From: Neocallimastix sp. 'constans'
Taxonomy: Eukaryota
Assembly: GCA_050613775.1 (NCBI GenBank)
Contig: JBODTK010000011.1
Span: 124,001 to 188,000 of the forward strand
DNA: 64,000 nt
Reading direction: 5' to 3'
Shown here: positions 1-10,821 of the stretch, one piece after another
How positions within the stretch are numbered: the stretch's first letter is position 1
How the letters are laid out: every line of letters begins with the position of its first letter
Position numbers and translations under genes: made by a program
The notes under the pieces: model-generated
Told to the model about the DNA's origin: nothing
Databases searched by the model: none
What the model saw: the letters and a program-made list of their open reading frames with translations, nothing else

Positions 1-56
1 ATATTTACATTAATTTTTATGTTCTTTCATAATTTTATGTCTTTACATAATTTTAA

Positions 57-622
57 TGATCTAAAACAAATATGTGTAGTAACATATTTGTATATTTAAT
101 AATAATTATTAAATATTAAATTTATATCTTTTGATAATAATTTTTATAATATATTATTAATTATTTATTATTATATTATAATTACTATTATAATATATAT
201 TAAATTACATATTATTTTATAATATATTATATTATATTATTTTTTTTATAATTATATATTATTATATTAAAATATAATAATATTTTTATATTTAACTTTA
301 ATAGGATTTTTATTATATTATACAATATATTATTATGTATTATTTTATATTTATTTTTTATTTTACATATAATATACATTTATTATTTAAATATAGATAT
401 TGTATTCTTATATATATATAATTTATATTATATGTTTAAAATATATTTCATACTATTAAATTTTATAATTTTAAAATGTAATTTCTTAATAATAACCAAT
501 TTCTAATAAATTAATTTAGAAAAGGGGTTTTTTTAGTTTTTAGGAAAAGGAATAATAAATTAAATAAAGATATAACTATATTATTATAATTAAAATATAG
601 CACATAAAAGTCCCGTATATCA
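57..622 (+). repeat. Gypsy-1 5' LTR
   Basis: Direct repeat of 7128-7693; one substitution seen by eye (~243). Confidence 0.97.
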
Positions 623-627
623 AAAAT

Positions 628-642
628 TGGTGGAGATATCGG
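628..642 (+). promoter_or_regulatory. Primer-binding site, probably tRNA-Ala 3' end
   Basis: TGGTGGAGATATCGG 5 nt after the LTR; complementary to ...ATCTCCACCA, typical of tRNA-Ala acceptor ends. Confidence 0.7.
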
Positions 643-774
643 TGATGTGCAATAATATAGTTGTATTATTTTTATAAGTGTTTTATTAAGAGATATATTT
701 TTATTATAATTATTTTCCTGTGTTAATTTATTAAGTTTAAATAAAATATTAGTTGAAAATTAATAATTACGCGT

Positions 775-822
<48 letters not shown>

Positions 823-1110
823 ATATATATATTTTATTTTATTCTTATTAATTAAAGGCAGCTGGGAATTTGGACCAGGATAAAAACGAATAAGTCTTTA
901 ATTACTATTTAGATTTAGTTAATAGTGATAAGTTAGTTAATTAATTGTAATATTTTATTTGTAATTAAAGATAACTGGGAGTTTGAACCAGTATAAAAAC
1001 GAATAAGCCTTTAATTATTAACTATTAGTTTATTATAAAAAAAAAATAATAATAATAATAATAATAATAGAAGTAATAAATAGTATTAATTAGTAAATTA
1101 ATTAATAAGT

Positions 1111-1144
<34 letters not shown>

Positions 1145-1350
1145 ATATATATAATAATAATAAATAATAATTATAATAATATTAATATTGATAATAATAC
1201 TTAGTAACAAAAATAAATAGTAAAAATTTTTAATAGTGATAAAATATATATTTAATTTTATAAATTATTGAACGCGTTTTATTAGTTAATAAGACTATAT
1301 ATTATTGTATTTATATATATATACTACTCATTATTTGGAATTTCCTTAAA

Positions 1351-2475
1351 ATGTCAAGTTCACCTACTACTTCGACAACTCTAGTGGATAACGATGATGT
1401 CGATACTAGAACTCTACCAAGGATTGGAGGTGTTCATAAAGATGCAGAAATTTGGAAGTTTCGTATTACTGACTGGTTTAGAAGGGAACGTATTGTAACG
1501 GATGCAGGAAAATTCAGTTATATCATTGCATCCTGTGAGGATGATATAGTTCGTGTACTTCATATGGAACAAGTCAAGTTGAATCGGATTCTAACACTAG
1601 ATGAATGTGTATACCTAATTAAAAAGAAATATTGGAGAGAAAATCTGAAAGAAGACAAATTAAGACAAATTAAGAAAATTATGATCAATTCAAATGAAAG
1701 TATTTACGACTTTAATACTAGATTCTTAGAGTTATATGATCAATTAGATTCCGCAGACCAATCTTCCTTCTCAGTGATCGACTATGAAAATGCCTTGAGA
1801 CCTCGTAGTAGAATTTATGAAAGAATCGCCATGGCTGAAGCTCCTGACCTTGAAACTGCCTGTAAATTAGCTGAGAAATATGAAAATATATTAACTCAAT
1901 CTCAAGGAAACCAAGAAATGTGGGGTCCTTATGGTAATATCAATAATTATAATAGAAGAAATAATTTTTCCCAATCTGGTAGATCAAACTTTAATAATGC
2001 TTTCATTGATCAATATAATAATAATTCAAATTTCACTCCATTTAATAATAATTTTAATACATTTAACAATTCAGGAAATTTTAATAGAATAAGAAGATTT
2101 AATAATGTATCATTAAATTCATCATCTAGAATGAATTCTAGCGTTTTGAGAAATTTTAGAAACCCAAATTTTAATAGTTTTAATAATAACAATAATCTTG
2201 GTAACAATAATTTTAATAATAATTATAACAATGGTAATAATTATAATAATAGTTATAACAATAATCGTAATATGAATCACAATACAAATAATTATAATAA
2301 TAATTCTGATGTTATAGACGATTTAACTAATCAAATGAAAAATTTAAAAATTAAAACCTGTTATTTCTGTCATCAACCGGATCATGTTTTAAAAGATTGC
2401 GTTGCTTTTGATAGATTCCAAAATGATCCAAATTATGAAAATTATATTAATTCCTTATATTCTCAAAAAAACTAG
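1351..2475 (+). CDS. gag: Gag (capsid-like region, Asn-rich tract, CCHC zinc knuckle)
   Basis: 374-aa ORF containing CYFCHQPDHVLKDC, located between PBS and pol. Confidence 0.92.
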   Translation: MSSSPTTSTTLVDNDDVDTRTLPRIGGVHKDAEIWKFRITDWFRRERIVTDAGKFSYIIASCEDDIVRVLHMEQVKLNRILTLDECVYLIKKKYWRENLKEDKLRQIKKIMINSNESIYDFNTRFLELYDQLDSADQSSFSVIDYENALRPRSRIYERIAMAEAPDLETACKLAEKYENILTQSQGNQEMWGPYGNINNYNRRNNFSQSGRSNFNNAFIDQYNNNSNFTPFNNNFNTFNNSGNFNRIRRFNNVSLNSSSRMNSSVLRNFRNPNFNSFNNNNNLGNNNFNNNYNNGNNYNNSYNNNRNMNHNTNNYNNNSDVIDDLTNQMKNLKIKTCYFCHQPDHVLKDCVAFDRFQNDPNYENYINSLYSQKN

Positions 2476-5400
2476 ATAATGGAAGAAGGCTAACTTCCTT
2501 TAATCAAAATGCCAACCCTAGTATAATTGCAGCTACCTCATGGAATGATAATTACAAAAATATTATTGCTGCTGCAAAACGTAGTAGAGATGAAAAATAT
2601 TCATCCTTACTACCAAAAACAAAAAGAAAAATTAATAATGAAGAATTAAGCGAAAATGATTATACTAATAAAATGTATTATAATACAATAAATAATTCAC
2701 CTAAAATAAAATATAATTTAAGAAATAGAAATATTGTAGAGTTACCCCTTAAGAATAAACCAAAAATTAATTACAATATTAATAATACTAAAAATTTTAA
2801 TCATGATATAACTAATAAACATGACAACGAAAATGTGGATAATAATACATTGGAAAGTATTAATGATGGAAATTTAGATAAACTAAATATTAACAAAACG
2901 AAGGTATTGAACAATAATGATTTTGAAAGTATAGGTAAGAAAATAAGGAATAATAGTTTGGATATTGTGGATAAAGCAGATTTGGATATTATGGATAAAG
3001 TTGACTTGGATGTAGAGAACAATAATAAAAATAAAACGGATAACTTGAACACTCAAAATGAAGAAATTGGTAAAAATAGTAAAGTTAATAATCTAAATAA
3101 AATTGGAATTGGAAATAGAATGAACCCTACCAATGATAAAGAAAGAGATAAAACGAAGGACAAAGCTACCAGAGTTGGTCAAATAATTCAATTGTTAGAG
3201 GGTGTTGAACCATACGATATTGTGGAAGAATTGAGAAATACCCCAGCTAATATTAATTTGGCTCAGTTATTAGGAATTAGTAGTGCCTTGCGTGCCGATG
3301 TTAACAGAAGTTTCAAAAAATTGAAAACAGAAGAGGAAACAATCATAGGCTATGCGGAATGTTATGATGACATCGAAAATTTTGAGATTGTCAACAATCC
3401 GACACATTGCTACTGTACCAGGGAAGTCCAGGAACACGATATTGCTGTGGTCAGTGGTTCCGTTGATGGTTATCCTGCCGCTATTTTAATTGATGGTGGT
3501 AGTAACGCGAATTTAGTAACTAGGAAATTTCTCACAAAATTCATCAAAAATTATACTGTTGTAAGAACTACCTCTGGCAGAGTACATCAAGCTTTATCTG
3601 ATGTTGAAGAAAAGGTTTATGAAATAGTTCAACTTGAAGTACAAATTGGAACATTAAAAATTAATACTGAATTTAGAGTCGTGGATAACGGTGATCCTAT
3701 TTTTGATATAATTATTAATTTAAAAACACAAGCGGATTATAAGTTGCTAGTAGATGCTAATAGTAAATATTTATATGTGAGAAATAAAATTAATAATATC
3801 AATGGTATTTTCAGTTTTAACGTTGTACCCTTAGTACCATTAGAGGACGTTCAAATTTTTCAATCTCAAGCTATGTTTTGTTATATAATAGAAAATCCAC
3901 CTTCTACAATAATTAATAATATTAATAGTATTAATGAGAATGTTGATAAAAATAAAATTCTTGAAGTATTAATTGATAATATGGATATCAAAGATTTGGA
4001 TTTTAAGGCAGAATTCAAAAAAATATTAAATTCTTATAAAGATGTTATAGCCGTTTCCAGTGATGATTTGGAACCTTCAGAATTACTACCTCACCATATT
4101 GAACTAATTGCAGGTAGTAAACCTATTAAACAAAAAGCTTATAGAATTTCTCAAATTCAATTAGAAGCTTTAAAAATAGAATTAAAGAAATTAATAGATA
4201 AAGGACTAATTGTACCATCTCATTCACCATGGTCGTCACCTATTGTATTAGTACCTAAGAAAAACGGTCGTTGGAGATTATGTATAGATTATAGATTATT
4301 AAATAATATCACTAAAAAGGATGCCTATGCAATCCCGATAATACAAGAAATTTTTGATGCTCTAAAAGATGCTTATATTTTTTCAACTTTGGATCTGTTT
4401 AGTGGGTATCACCAGATACCTATGTTTAAGGATGATCAAGAACTTACTTCATTTACTACTAAGTTTGGAAATTATTACTTTAAGGTAATGCCTTTTGGTT
4501 TGACCAACGCTCCTGCTACCTTCCAGAGAGAAATGAATCGTATATTCTTTGACTTAATAAATAAATGTGTTCAAATATATTTGGATGATATTATTGTATA
4601 TTCACCATCCATTGAACAACATCTAATAGATTTAACAAATGTTTTTGAAATTCTTAGAAATAATAAATTAAAAATGAATATTGAAAAGTGTCATTTCTGT
4701 GTTTACGAAGTTGAAGCGTTGGGACACAAGATTTCAAATAAGGGGTTATTACCCATAGAAAGAAAAGTAGATGCAATCAAGAATTTAGATATTCATACCA
4801 ATATTTCTGAATTACGTTCTTTTCTTGGAATGGTTGGATATTACAGAAATTTTATTGAAAACTATGCTTCTATTTCTGAACCCCTACGTAAACTTTTAAG
4901 GAAAAACTCACCTTTTATTTGGACTAAAGAACAAACTATTAGTTTTGATAATATGAAGAATTCTCTTTGTAACGCACCTATCTTATGTTATCCACGTTTT
5001 GATAAACCCTTTATTATTCGTACAGATGCTAGCTATCTAGGGATAGGTGGAGTATTATTACAACTATATGAAGATAAAATAGAACACCCAGTATTTTATA
5101 TTAGTCGTTCTTTAAGTAAATCTGAACATAATTACTCTATTACTGAATTGGAAGGAACTGCAGCTTACTACTGCATTAATAAGTTTAAACCCTATATTCT
5201 TGGAAACCCTTTTCGGACTATTCTTTACACAGATCATCAACCTTTAGTTCCTATAATTAAAAACAATGAACCAAATACAAGTAAACATGCTCGTTGGTGT
5301 CTTTTATTTAGTCAGTTACAAGTTGACGTTGTTTATCAACTCGGGAGAGCAAATATATTAGCTGATGCACTTTCTCGTATAAAAAGGAAAGATATTATTA

Positions 5401-6755
5401 CTACTAATGCTTTGGTAAACGATAATAATAGTAATACTGAAGGTAACGTAAAAGAAAACAATGAAAATAATATTGATGATGAAGGTAATAGAAGCGAAAA
5501 TGGTGGAAATGGTATAGTTGATAATAATAATATAATAATTAATAATAATAACGAAGAGGATACTCCCAGAGAATTTATTGATGAAATTGAAAATGAAAAA
5601 TATATTTCAGAATTTATGAAAAAGTTTTTGACAGAGAGGATTATCACTATTAATGATAAAACATATATTAAAGATAGAGGTAAACTTAGACTAGTAATAG
5701 ATGATTATTTGGAAAAAATAAAAATTATCGGAATGGCCCATAGGATCGGCCATGAAGGCCTACAAAAGACATATGATAGAATAAAACAAAATTTTTATTG
5801 GAAAAATATGATTTTGGATATAAAGAAGTATATTTCAATTTGTAAAATATGCCAATTGAACAGATCGGAACCTTCTCCCAATTTAGTTGAACAATTTAGA
5901 ACTCCTGTAGAGGCTCCTTTTGTCAGATTAGGATTGGATATTATTGGACCTTTAAAAACTACATCCAAAGGTAATAAGTATATTATAGTTTGTGTAGATT
6001 ATTTTACTTTATGGGTTGAAGCTGAAGCCTCTCAAACAATTACTTCTCAAGATGTTATCACCTTTTTAATTAATGTTTTTAGTAGACATGGGTTACCACA
6101 AATAATTAATATGGATAATGGAACCCAGTTGAATAGTGATTTCACCAAAATATTCTTAGATCTTTATGGTGTATATATTCATTTTGTTGTTCGTTACCAT
6201 CCTGCTTCTAATGGCTTAGTCGAAAATAGAAATAGAGAGATTGGAAAACAACTTAGGAATTTTGCTAGTAAAAATAATGATTGGGATACCTTACTACCTT
6301 TAGCTTTATGGGCTATCAGGACTTCAAAATCTTCTGTTAGTGGATATTCAAGTTTTGAATTATTATATGGACGTGAAGATATACTCCCAAATGAAATCAA
6401 TATACTTTGTTCATTAGGAGAATCCATTGAGCAACCGATTGAAGAATTATTATTAGAAAGATTAATAGAACATACAAAATGGATTAAAGATGCAGCCAAT
6501 AAAAAGTTTGGGACAATTAACTATTGGAAGACAAGAAGAGAAGCAAAGAAAAGTATGGAAAAGATTCATGAATACAAAATCGGTGATAAAGTAAAAATAA
6601 GAATGTTTCAAAGACATAAATTGGACCCTTATTATATTGGGCCCTATACAATCAAAGAAATCACTTGGAATACTGTTAAATTACAAGAAGATAAAACTGG
6701 AATTATATTAAAGAGGAATGTACACATCAAAAATATTCTACCTTATAGAGAATAA
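2466..6755 (+). CDS. pol: Pol (protease, RT, RNase H, integrase), reached by -1 frameshift at A_AAA_AAC
   Basis: LIDGGS, QIYLDD, IRTDAS, HHCC zinc finger, GLDIIGP and DNG...NGLVE motifs in Gypsy order. The pol frame is open from the slippery site at 2466 to the ATG at 2673. Confidence 0.95.
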   Translation, partial: KKLDNGRRLTSFNQNANPSIIAATSWNDNYKNIIAAAKRSRDEKYSSLLPKTKRKINNEELSENDYTNKMYYNTINNSPKIKYNLRNRNIVELPLKNKPKINYNINNTKNFNHDITNKHDNENVDNNTLESINDGNLDKLNINKTKVLNNNDFESIGKKIRNNSLDIVDKADLDIMDKVDLDVENNNKNKTDNLNTQNEEIGKNSKVNNLNKIGIGNRMNPTNDKERDKTKDKATRVGQIIQLLEGVEPYDIVEELRNTPANINLAQLLGISSALRADVNRSFKKLKTEEETIIGYAECYDDIENFEIVNNPTHCYCTREVQEHDIAVVSGSVDGYPAAILIDGGSNANLVTRKFLTKFIKNYTVVRTTSGRVHQALSDVEEKVYEIVQLEVQIGTLKINTEFRVVDNGDPIFDIIINLKTQADYKLLVDANSKYLYVRNKINNINGIFSFNVVPLVPLEDVQIFQSQAMFCYIIENPPSTIINNINSINENVDKNKILEVLIDNMDIKDLDFKAEFKKILNSYKDVIAVSSDDLEPSELLPHHIELIAGSKPIKQKAYRISQIQLEALKIELKKLIDKGLIVPSHSPWSSPIVLVPKKNGRWRLCIDYRLLNNITKKDAYAIPIIQEIFDALKDAYIFSTLDLFSGYHQIPMFKDDQELTSFTTKFGNYYFKVMPFGLTNAPATFQREMNRIFFDLINKCVQIYLDDIIVYSPSIEQHLIDLTNVFEILRNNKLKMNIEKCHFCVYEVEALGHKISNKGLLPIERKVDAIKNLDIHTNISELRSFLGMVGYYRNFIENYASISEPLRKLLRKNSPFIWTKEQTISFDNMKNSLCNAPILCYPRFDKPFIIRTDASYLGIGGVLLQLYEDKIEHPVFYISRSLSKSEHNYSITELEGTAAYYCINKFKPYILGNPFRTILYTDHQPLVPIIKNNEPNTSKHARWCLLFSQLQVDVVYQLGRANILADALSRIKRKDIITTNALVNDNNSNTEGNVKENNENNIDDEGNRSENGGNGIVDNNNIIINNNNEEDTPREFIDEIENEKYISEFMKKFLTERIITINDKTYIKDRGKLRLVIDDYLEKIKIIGMAHRIGHEGLQKTYDRIKQNFYWKNMILDIKKYISICKICQLNRSEPSPNLVEQFRTPVEAPFVRLGLDIIGPLKTTSKGNKYIIVCVDYFTLWVEAEASQTITSQDVITFLINVFSRHGLPQIINMDNGTQLNSDFTKIFLDLYGVYIHFVVRYHPASNGLVENRNREIGKQLRNFASKNNDWDTLLPLALWAIRTSKSSVSGYSSFELLYGREDILPNEINILCSLGESIEQPIEELLLERLIEHTKWIKDAANKKFGTINYWKTRREAKKSMEKIHEYKIGDKVKIRMFQRHKLDPYYIGPYTIKEITWNTVKLQEDKTGIILKRNVHIKNILPYRE

Positions 6756-6760
6756 TAATA

Positions 6761-6816
<56 letters not shown>

Positions 6817-7127
6817 TTATTAACAAAAATTTAATAACAAAATTTTTTTTTTTTTTAAAAATTGAATCAAAATTTAAATTATAAATTTATCATAAATTTT
6901 ATAAATTTTGTAATTGAGATATTCAAATTATATTAATGAATATTTTATAACTAACATAGTAAATATAAAATTTTCTTTAAAAAATGAAATAATATTCTAC
7001 AATATAATTATCTTATAAAAATTATTATTTTGTTAATAGTCAATTTTATCTTCAATTAAGAATTCTTCTCGTATAGAGAACTATACTTAATTTCATATAT
7101 AAATTGCTATCTTAGCGTGGGCAATTT

Positions 7128-7693
7128 TGATCTAAAACAAATATGTGTAGTAACATATTTGTATATTTAATAATAATTATTAAATATTAAATTTATATCT
7201 TTTGATAATAATTTTTATAATATATTATTAATTATTTATTATTATATTATAATTACTATTATAATATATATTAAATTACATATTATTTTATAATATATTA
7301 TATTATATTATTTATTTTATAATTATATATTATTATATTAAAATATAATAATATTTTTATATTTAACTTTAATAGGATTTTTATTATATTATACAATATA
7401 TTATTATGTATTATTTTATATTTATTTTTTATTTTACATATAATATACATTTATTATTTAAATATAGATATTGTATTCTTATATATATATAATTTATATT
7501 ATATGTTTAAAATATATTTCATACTATTAAATTTTATAATTTTAAAATGTAATTTCTTAATAATAACCAATTTCTAATAAATTAATTTAGAAAAGGGGTT
7601 TTTTTAGTTTTTAGGAAAAGGAATAATAAATTAAATAAAGATATAACTATATTATTATAATTAAAATATAGCACATAAAAGTCCCGTATATCA
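7128..7693 (+). repeat. Gypsy-1 3' LTR
   Basis: Direct repeat of 57-622. Confidence 0.97.
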
Positions 7694-7758
7694 TTAATTT
7701 TATCACGTTATTTTCGATCACGTTTTATTTATGTCACGAATTTGCAAATGATTTATTA

Positions 7759-10720
7759 GAGTGTGTGGCATTTCGCAAAATTTCATTTCACAAAAGTTTC
7801 ATTTCGGAAAAGAGTCATTTCGCAAAATTTTAATAAATAGATAAATAAATAATAAAATAAATAAATAAAGAATTTATTTTAATATATAAAAAAAAATTTA
7901 TAAATTATAAATAATTAAATAAATATTTTTTTTATTTTATTTTTATTTATTAGATAAAAAAAAAAAAATAGTTAATAATTTTAGAATTATTTTTCTGTTC
8001 ATAGATTATTGAATAAATAATAATAACAATTATAATAATAATAAATTTTAATAATTATATAATTATAAATTATAAAATTTTATTATTATTATAAATTTAA
8101 TTATTTAATTTATTAATTGAAAAATAAAACTTTTAAATATTTAGATATTAAATATAAAAAAAAAATAATTTTAAAAAGGATTTTTATGTAACAATATATT
8201 AAAAAAAATTACTATAAATAAAAAATAAGCTCAATTTTATTTAAAATTTATATAATTAAATATATTGAATAAGATTGAATAGTTGAAAATTAATTAAAAA
8301 TATTTAACAAAATGGAAGAACTAAAAATAGATATTAGTGAAACTAATAGAGGAAAAGTGCAAATAATTATTAATAAAAAATATAAATATAATTATTCATA
8401 CACTATAAAGAATAAATCAAAGGTATATAGATGTACCGAATATAAAACTTTAAATAAATGTAAATCTTAACATTATTTTAATGATGAAAAAGAAATTTTA
8501 AAATATGATGGTGTTCATAATCATTTCGAACAAAAATTTAATGCCGCTCTATCATTAACAAAATATAGAATTAAAAAAGAAATTAAAAAAAGTTCAATTC
8601 CTTTCAATATAAAACAAAAAAGAGTATTTAATCAAATTTCACAAGATATTGGTTTTATATGTCCTGAATTTAAATCTATAAAATCACAAATAATAAGAGA
8701 TATAATAAAAAACTTCCTCCCAACATATCAAGTTTTGAGGAAATTCCAGAAAAACATTATTTATATATTACAAAACAAAATGAAAATTTTATGATATTCA
8801 AAAATCAATATGTCATAATTTTTCAGTCTCCATTTCAAGCATTTTTATTTAAAAAATATTGTGATGATCTTTTTGTGGATGGCACTTTTTATGTAGCTCC
8901 TGATTTCAGTTATCAGGTTTTCATTACAAGAAATTTTGTTCCGGAATTAAATGAGTTTTATACTATTTCTTTTTCTATATTAATAAATAAAGAGCAAGAA
9001 ACCTATAAAACAATATTTGAAGTAATAAAAAGTAATTGTGATATTACAAAAGACAATGAGTTTTCTCCAAAAAATTTTCATTGTGACTTTGAAAGAGCCA
9101 TATCTAATGCCGCAATAATTGTTTTCCCAGATATAAATATTAGATATTGTATTTGGCATTACAAACGATCATTAGGACTTTATAAAAATAAAATACGCTA
9201 TAATGAAGTAAATTAAAACAAAGATTTATATGTTTATAACGCTATATTAAATTAAATTTACCTTTTATAAATCCAAATTATATATTATATATTTTTCATA
9301 AAATTAAAAAATCATGTATTGAAAAAAATTATAACCAATTTTTAATATTTTTGGAATATTTTAGAAAAATATATTTAATTTATAATATTGAAAATTGGAA
9401 TTAATAATAATATTGAACATATAACAAATAATGCATCTGAATCCTTTAATAATTATTTAAGTGGCTTTTTTTCAAAAAAACCAACTTATTTTAGACTAAT
9501 ATATACATTAAATAATGATGTATCTTTATATCCAGATACCTACGAAAGAAGAATGCTTGGCATATGGAACAAACAAAAGAGAAAAACATTAACAAAAACT
9601 AATAAAATCAAAAATATTATTGAAAGTTACAAGAAAATGGAATCATTTTTAATTAGTAATGAAAGAAATAGAAGCCATATTGCTGGATTATGGTTTGAAT
9701 ATTTAATTAATTTAAATAATAAAATTAATTTAGAATTAAATTTATTTTTCTAACCTTTTATAAAGTAAAATTATAATTAAACCTATATCTTTAATTATTA
9801 ATTTTAGTTGTTTTTAATAATTAAATTATAACTAAAGAATTAAATAAAACAAATTCTCAATTTTTTTAGTTAAATATTAATATCAATATTTTATATTTTA
9901 TTATTATAATACTTTTATTAATATCAATATCAATATTAATATTTTATATTTTATTTTTATATACTATTATTAATATTAATATCAATTTATTTTATCAATA
10001 TTATTAAAAATATAAAAATATATTTTTTATTTTATTAAAATACTAATATTTAACATTAAATACACAATAAAATAAAATATTTTTAAAATAATAATCAATA
10101 TAATAAAGTTTTATAAAAAACCATTTAATTTTTTCTTTTTATTGTTAATTATTTAATAATTATTTGTATATTGTAATTTTCATATAAATAACTTTTTTTT
10201 TTTTTTTACTGGATTATTTATAAATATTTCTTTTATTAAAAAAATTTATTAGCAATTTAAGATTTTAAAAATACTGCGCAAGGACTTAAAAGGTGTAAAA
10301 TGATAAATTAATTATTTAAATTTAACAATTATATTTTAAATTATTATCCTTTACATGTTTTAAATTATTAATACTTATTTTTTTTATATATATAAAATTC
10401 TTATATATATTTTAAAAAATTATAAAACGTTTAAAACATGATAAAATATTTTATTTTTTTAAAGCGTTAATTCTAATGAATATTTATTATTATATAATGT
10501 ATATTTATTATATATATGTCCATATATGTCCATATATATATATATATTTTTTTAAATTTTTAAAATTTATTTATTTATTATAGTTTTATATATTTATTTA
10601 TTTAGTTATTTATTTAAATTATATATATTATTTATTTATTTTATTATTAATTTATTTATTTATTAAAAATTTTGCGAAATGACACTTCCGAAATGAAATT
10701 TTTCGAAATGCACCTCCCCC
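7759..10720 (+). mobile_element. Mutator-like (MULE) DNA transposon
   Basis: 9-bp TSD GATTTATTA (7750-7758 / 10721-10729), single copy at the empty site (~18351). Imperfect TIRs built of CATTTCG/CGAAATG sub-repeats. Transposase remnant inside. Confidence 0.92.
8312..9753 (+). pseudogene. MULE transposase, disrupted by stops and frameshifts
   Basis: N-terminal YRC...C...HNH (FLYWCH/WRKY-like); FVDGTF, HCDFE, CIWH and TNNASESFN motifs split over several frames. Confidence 0.9.
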
Positions 10721-10821
10721 GATTTATTAATTTATTTTTATGTAATTATTAATAAAATAATTTATTAATAATTAAAGTTTTTATTTACGTTTTATATCAT
10801 TCGTCCCTTCTTTAGTTACAA

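Larger units (their letters stand above)
57..7693 (+). mobile_element. Gypsy-1: full-length, apparently intact Ty3/Gypsy LTR retrotransposon
   Basis: 566-bp LTRs (57-622, 7128-7693; TGAT...ATCA). 4-bp TSD TTAA (53-56 / 7694-7697), confirmed by the empty-site copy near 18290-18305. PBS present, and gag and pol ORFs are uninterrupted. Confidence 0.97.

Noticed and set aside
850..1020. Hammerhead or other known ribozyme
   Set aside because: No CUGANGA/GAAA core on either strand; kept only as an unknown stem-loop.
1025..1210. 61-aa I/Y/F-rich ORF
   Set aside because: Translation of poly-A and AAT tracts in the Gypsy-1 leader.
2010..6499. Antisense ORFs over Gypsy-1 gag/pol, and similar Leu/Ile-rich shadow ORFs elsewhere (14991, 34820, 56138-57052, 62187)
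   Set aside because: Reverse-frame shadows of Asn/Lys-rich coding sequence with no motifs.
53..7697. TTAA target duplication suggesting piggyBac
   Set aside because: The insert is a clear LTR retrotransposon; TTAA is simply its 4-bp TSD.
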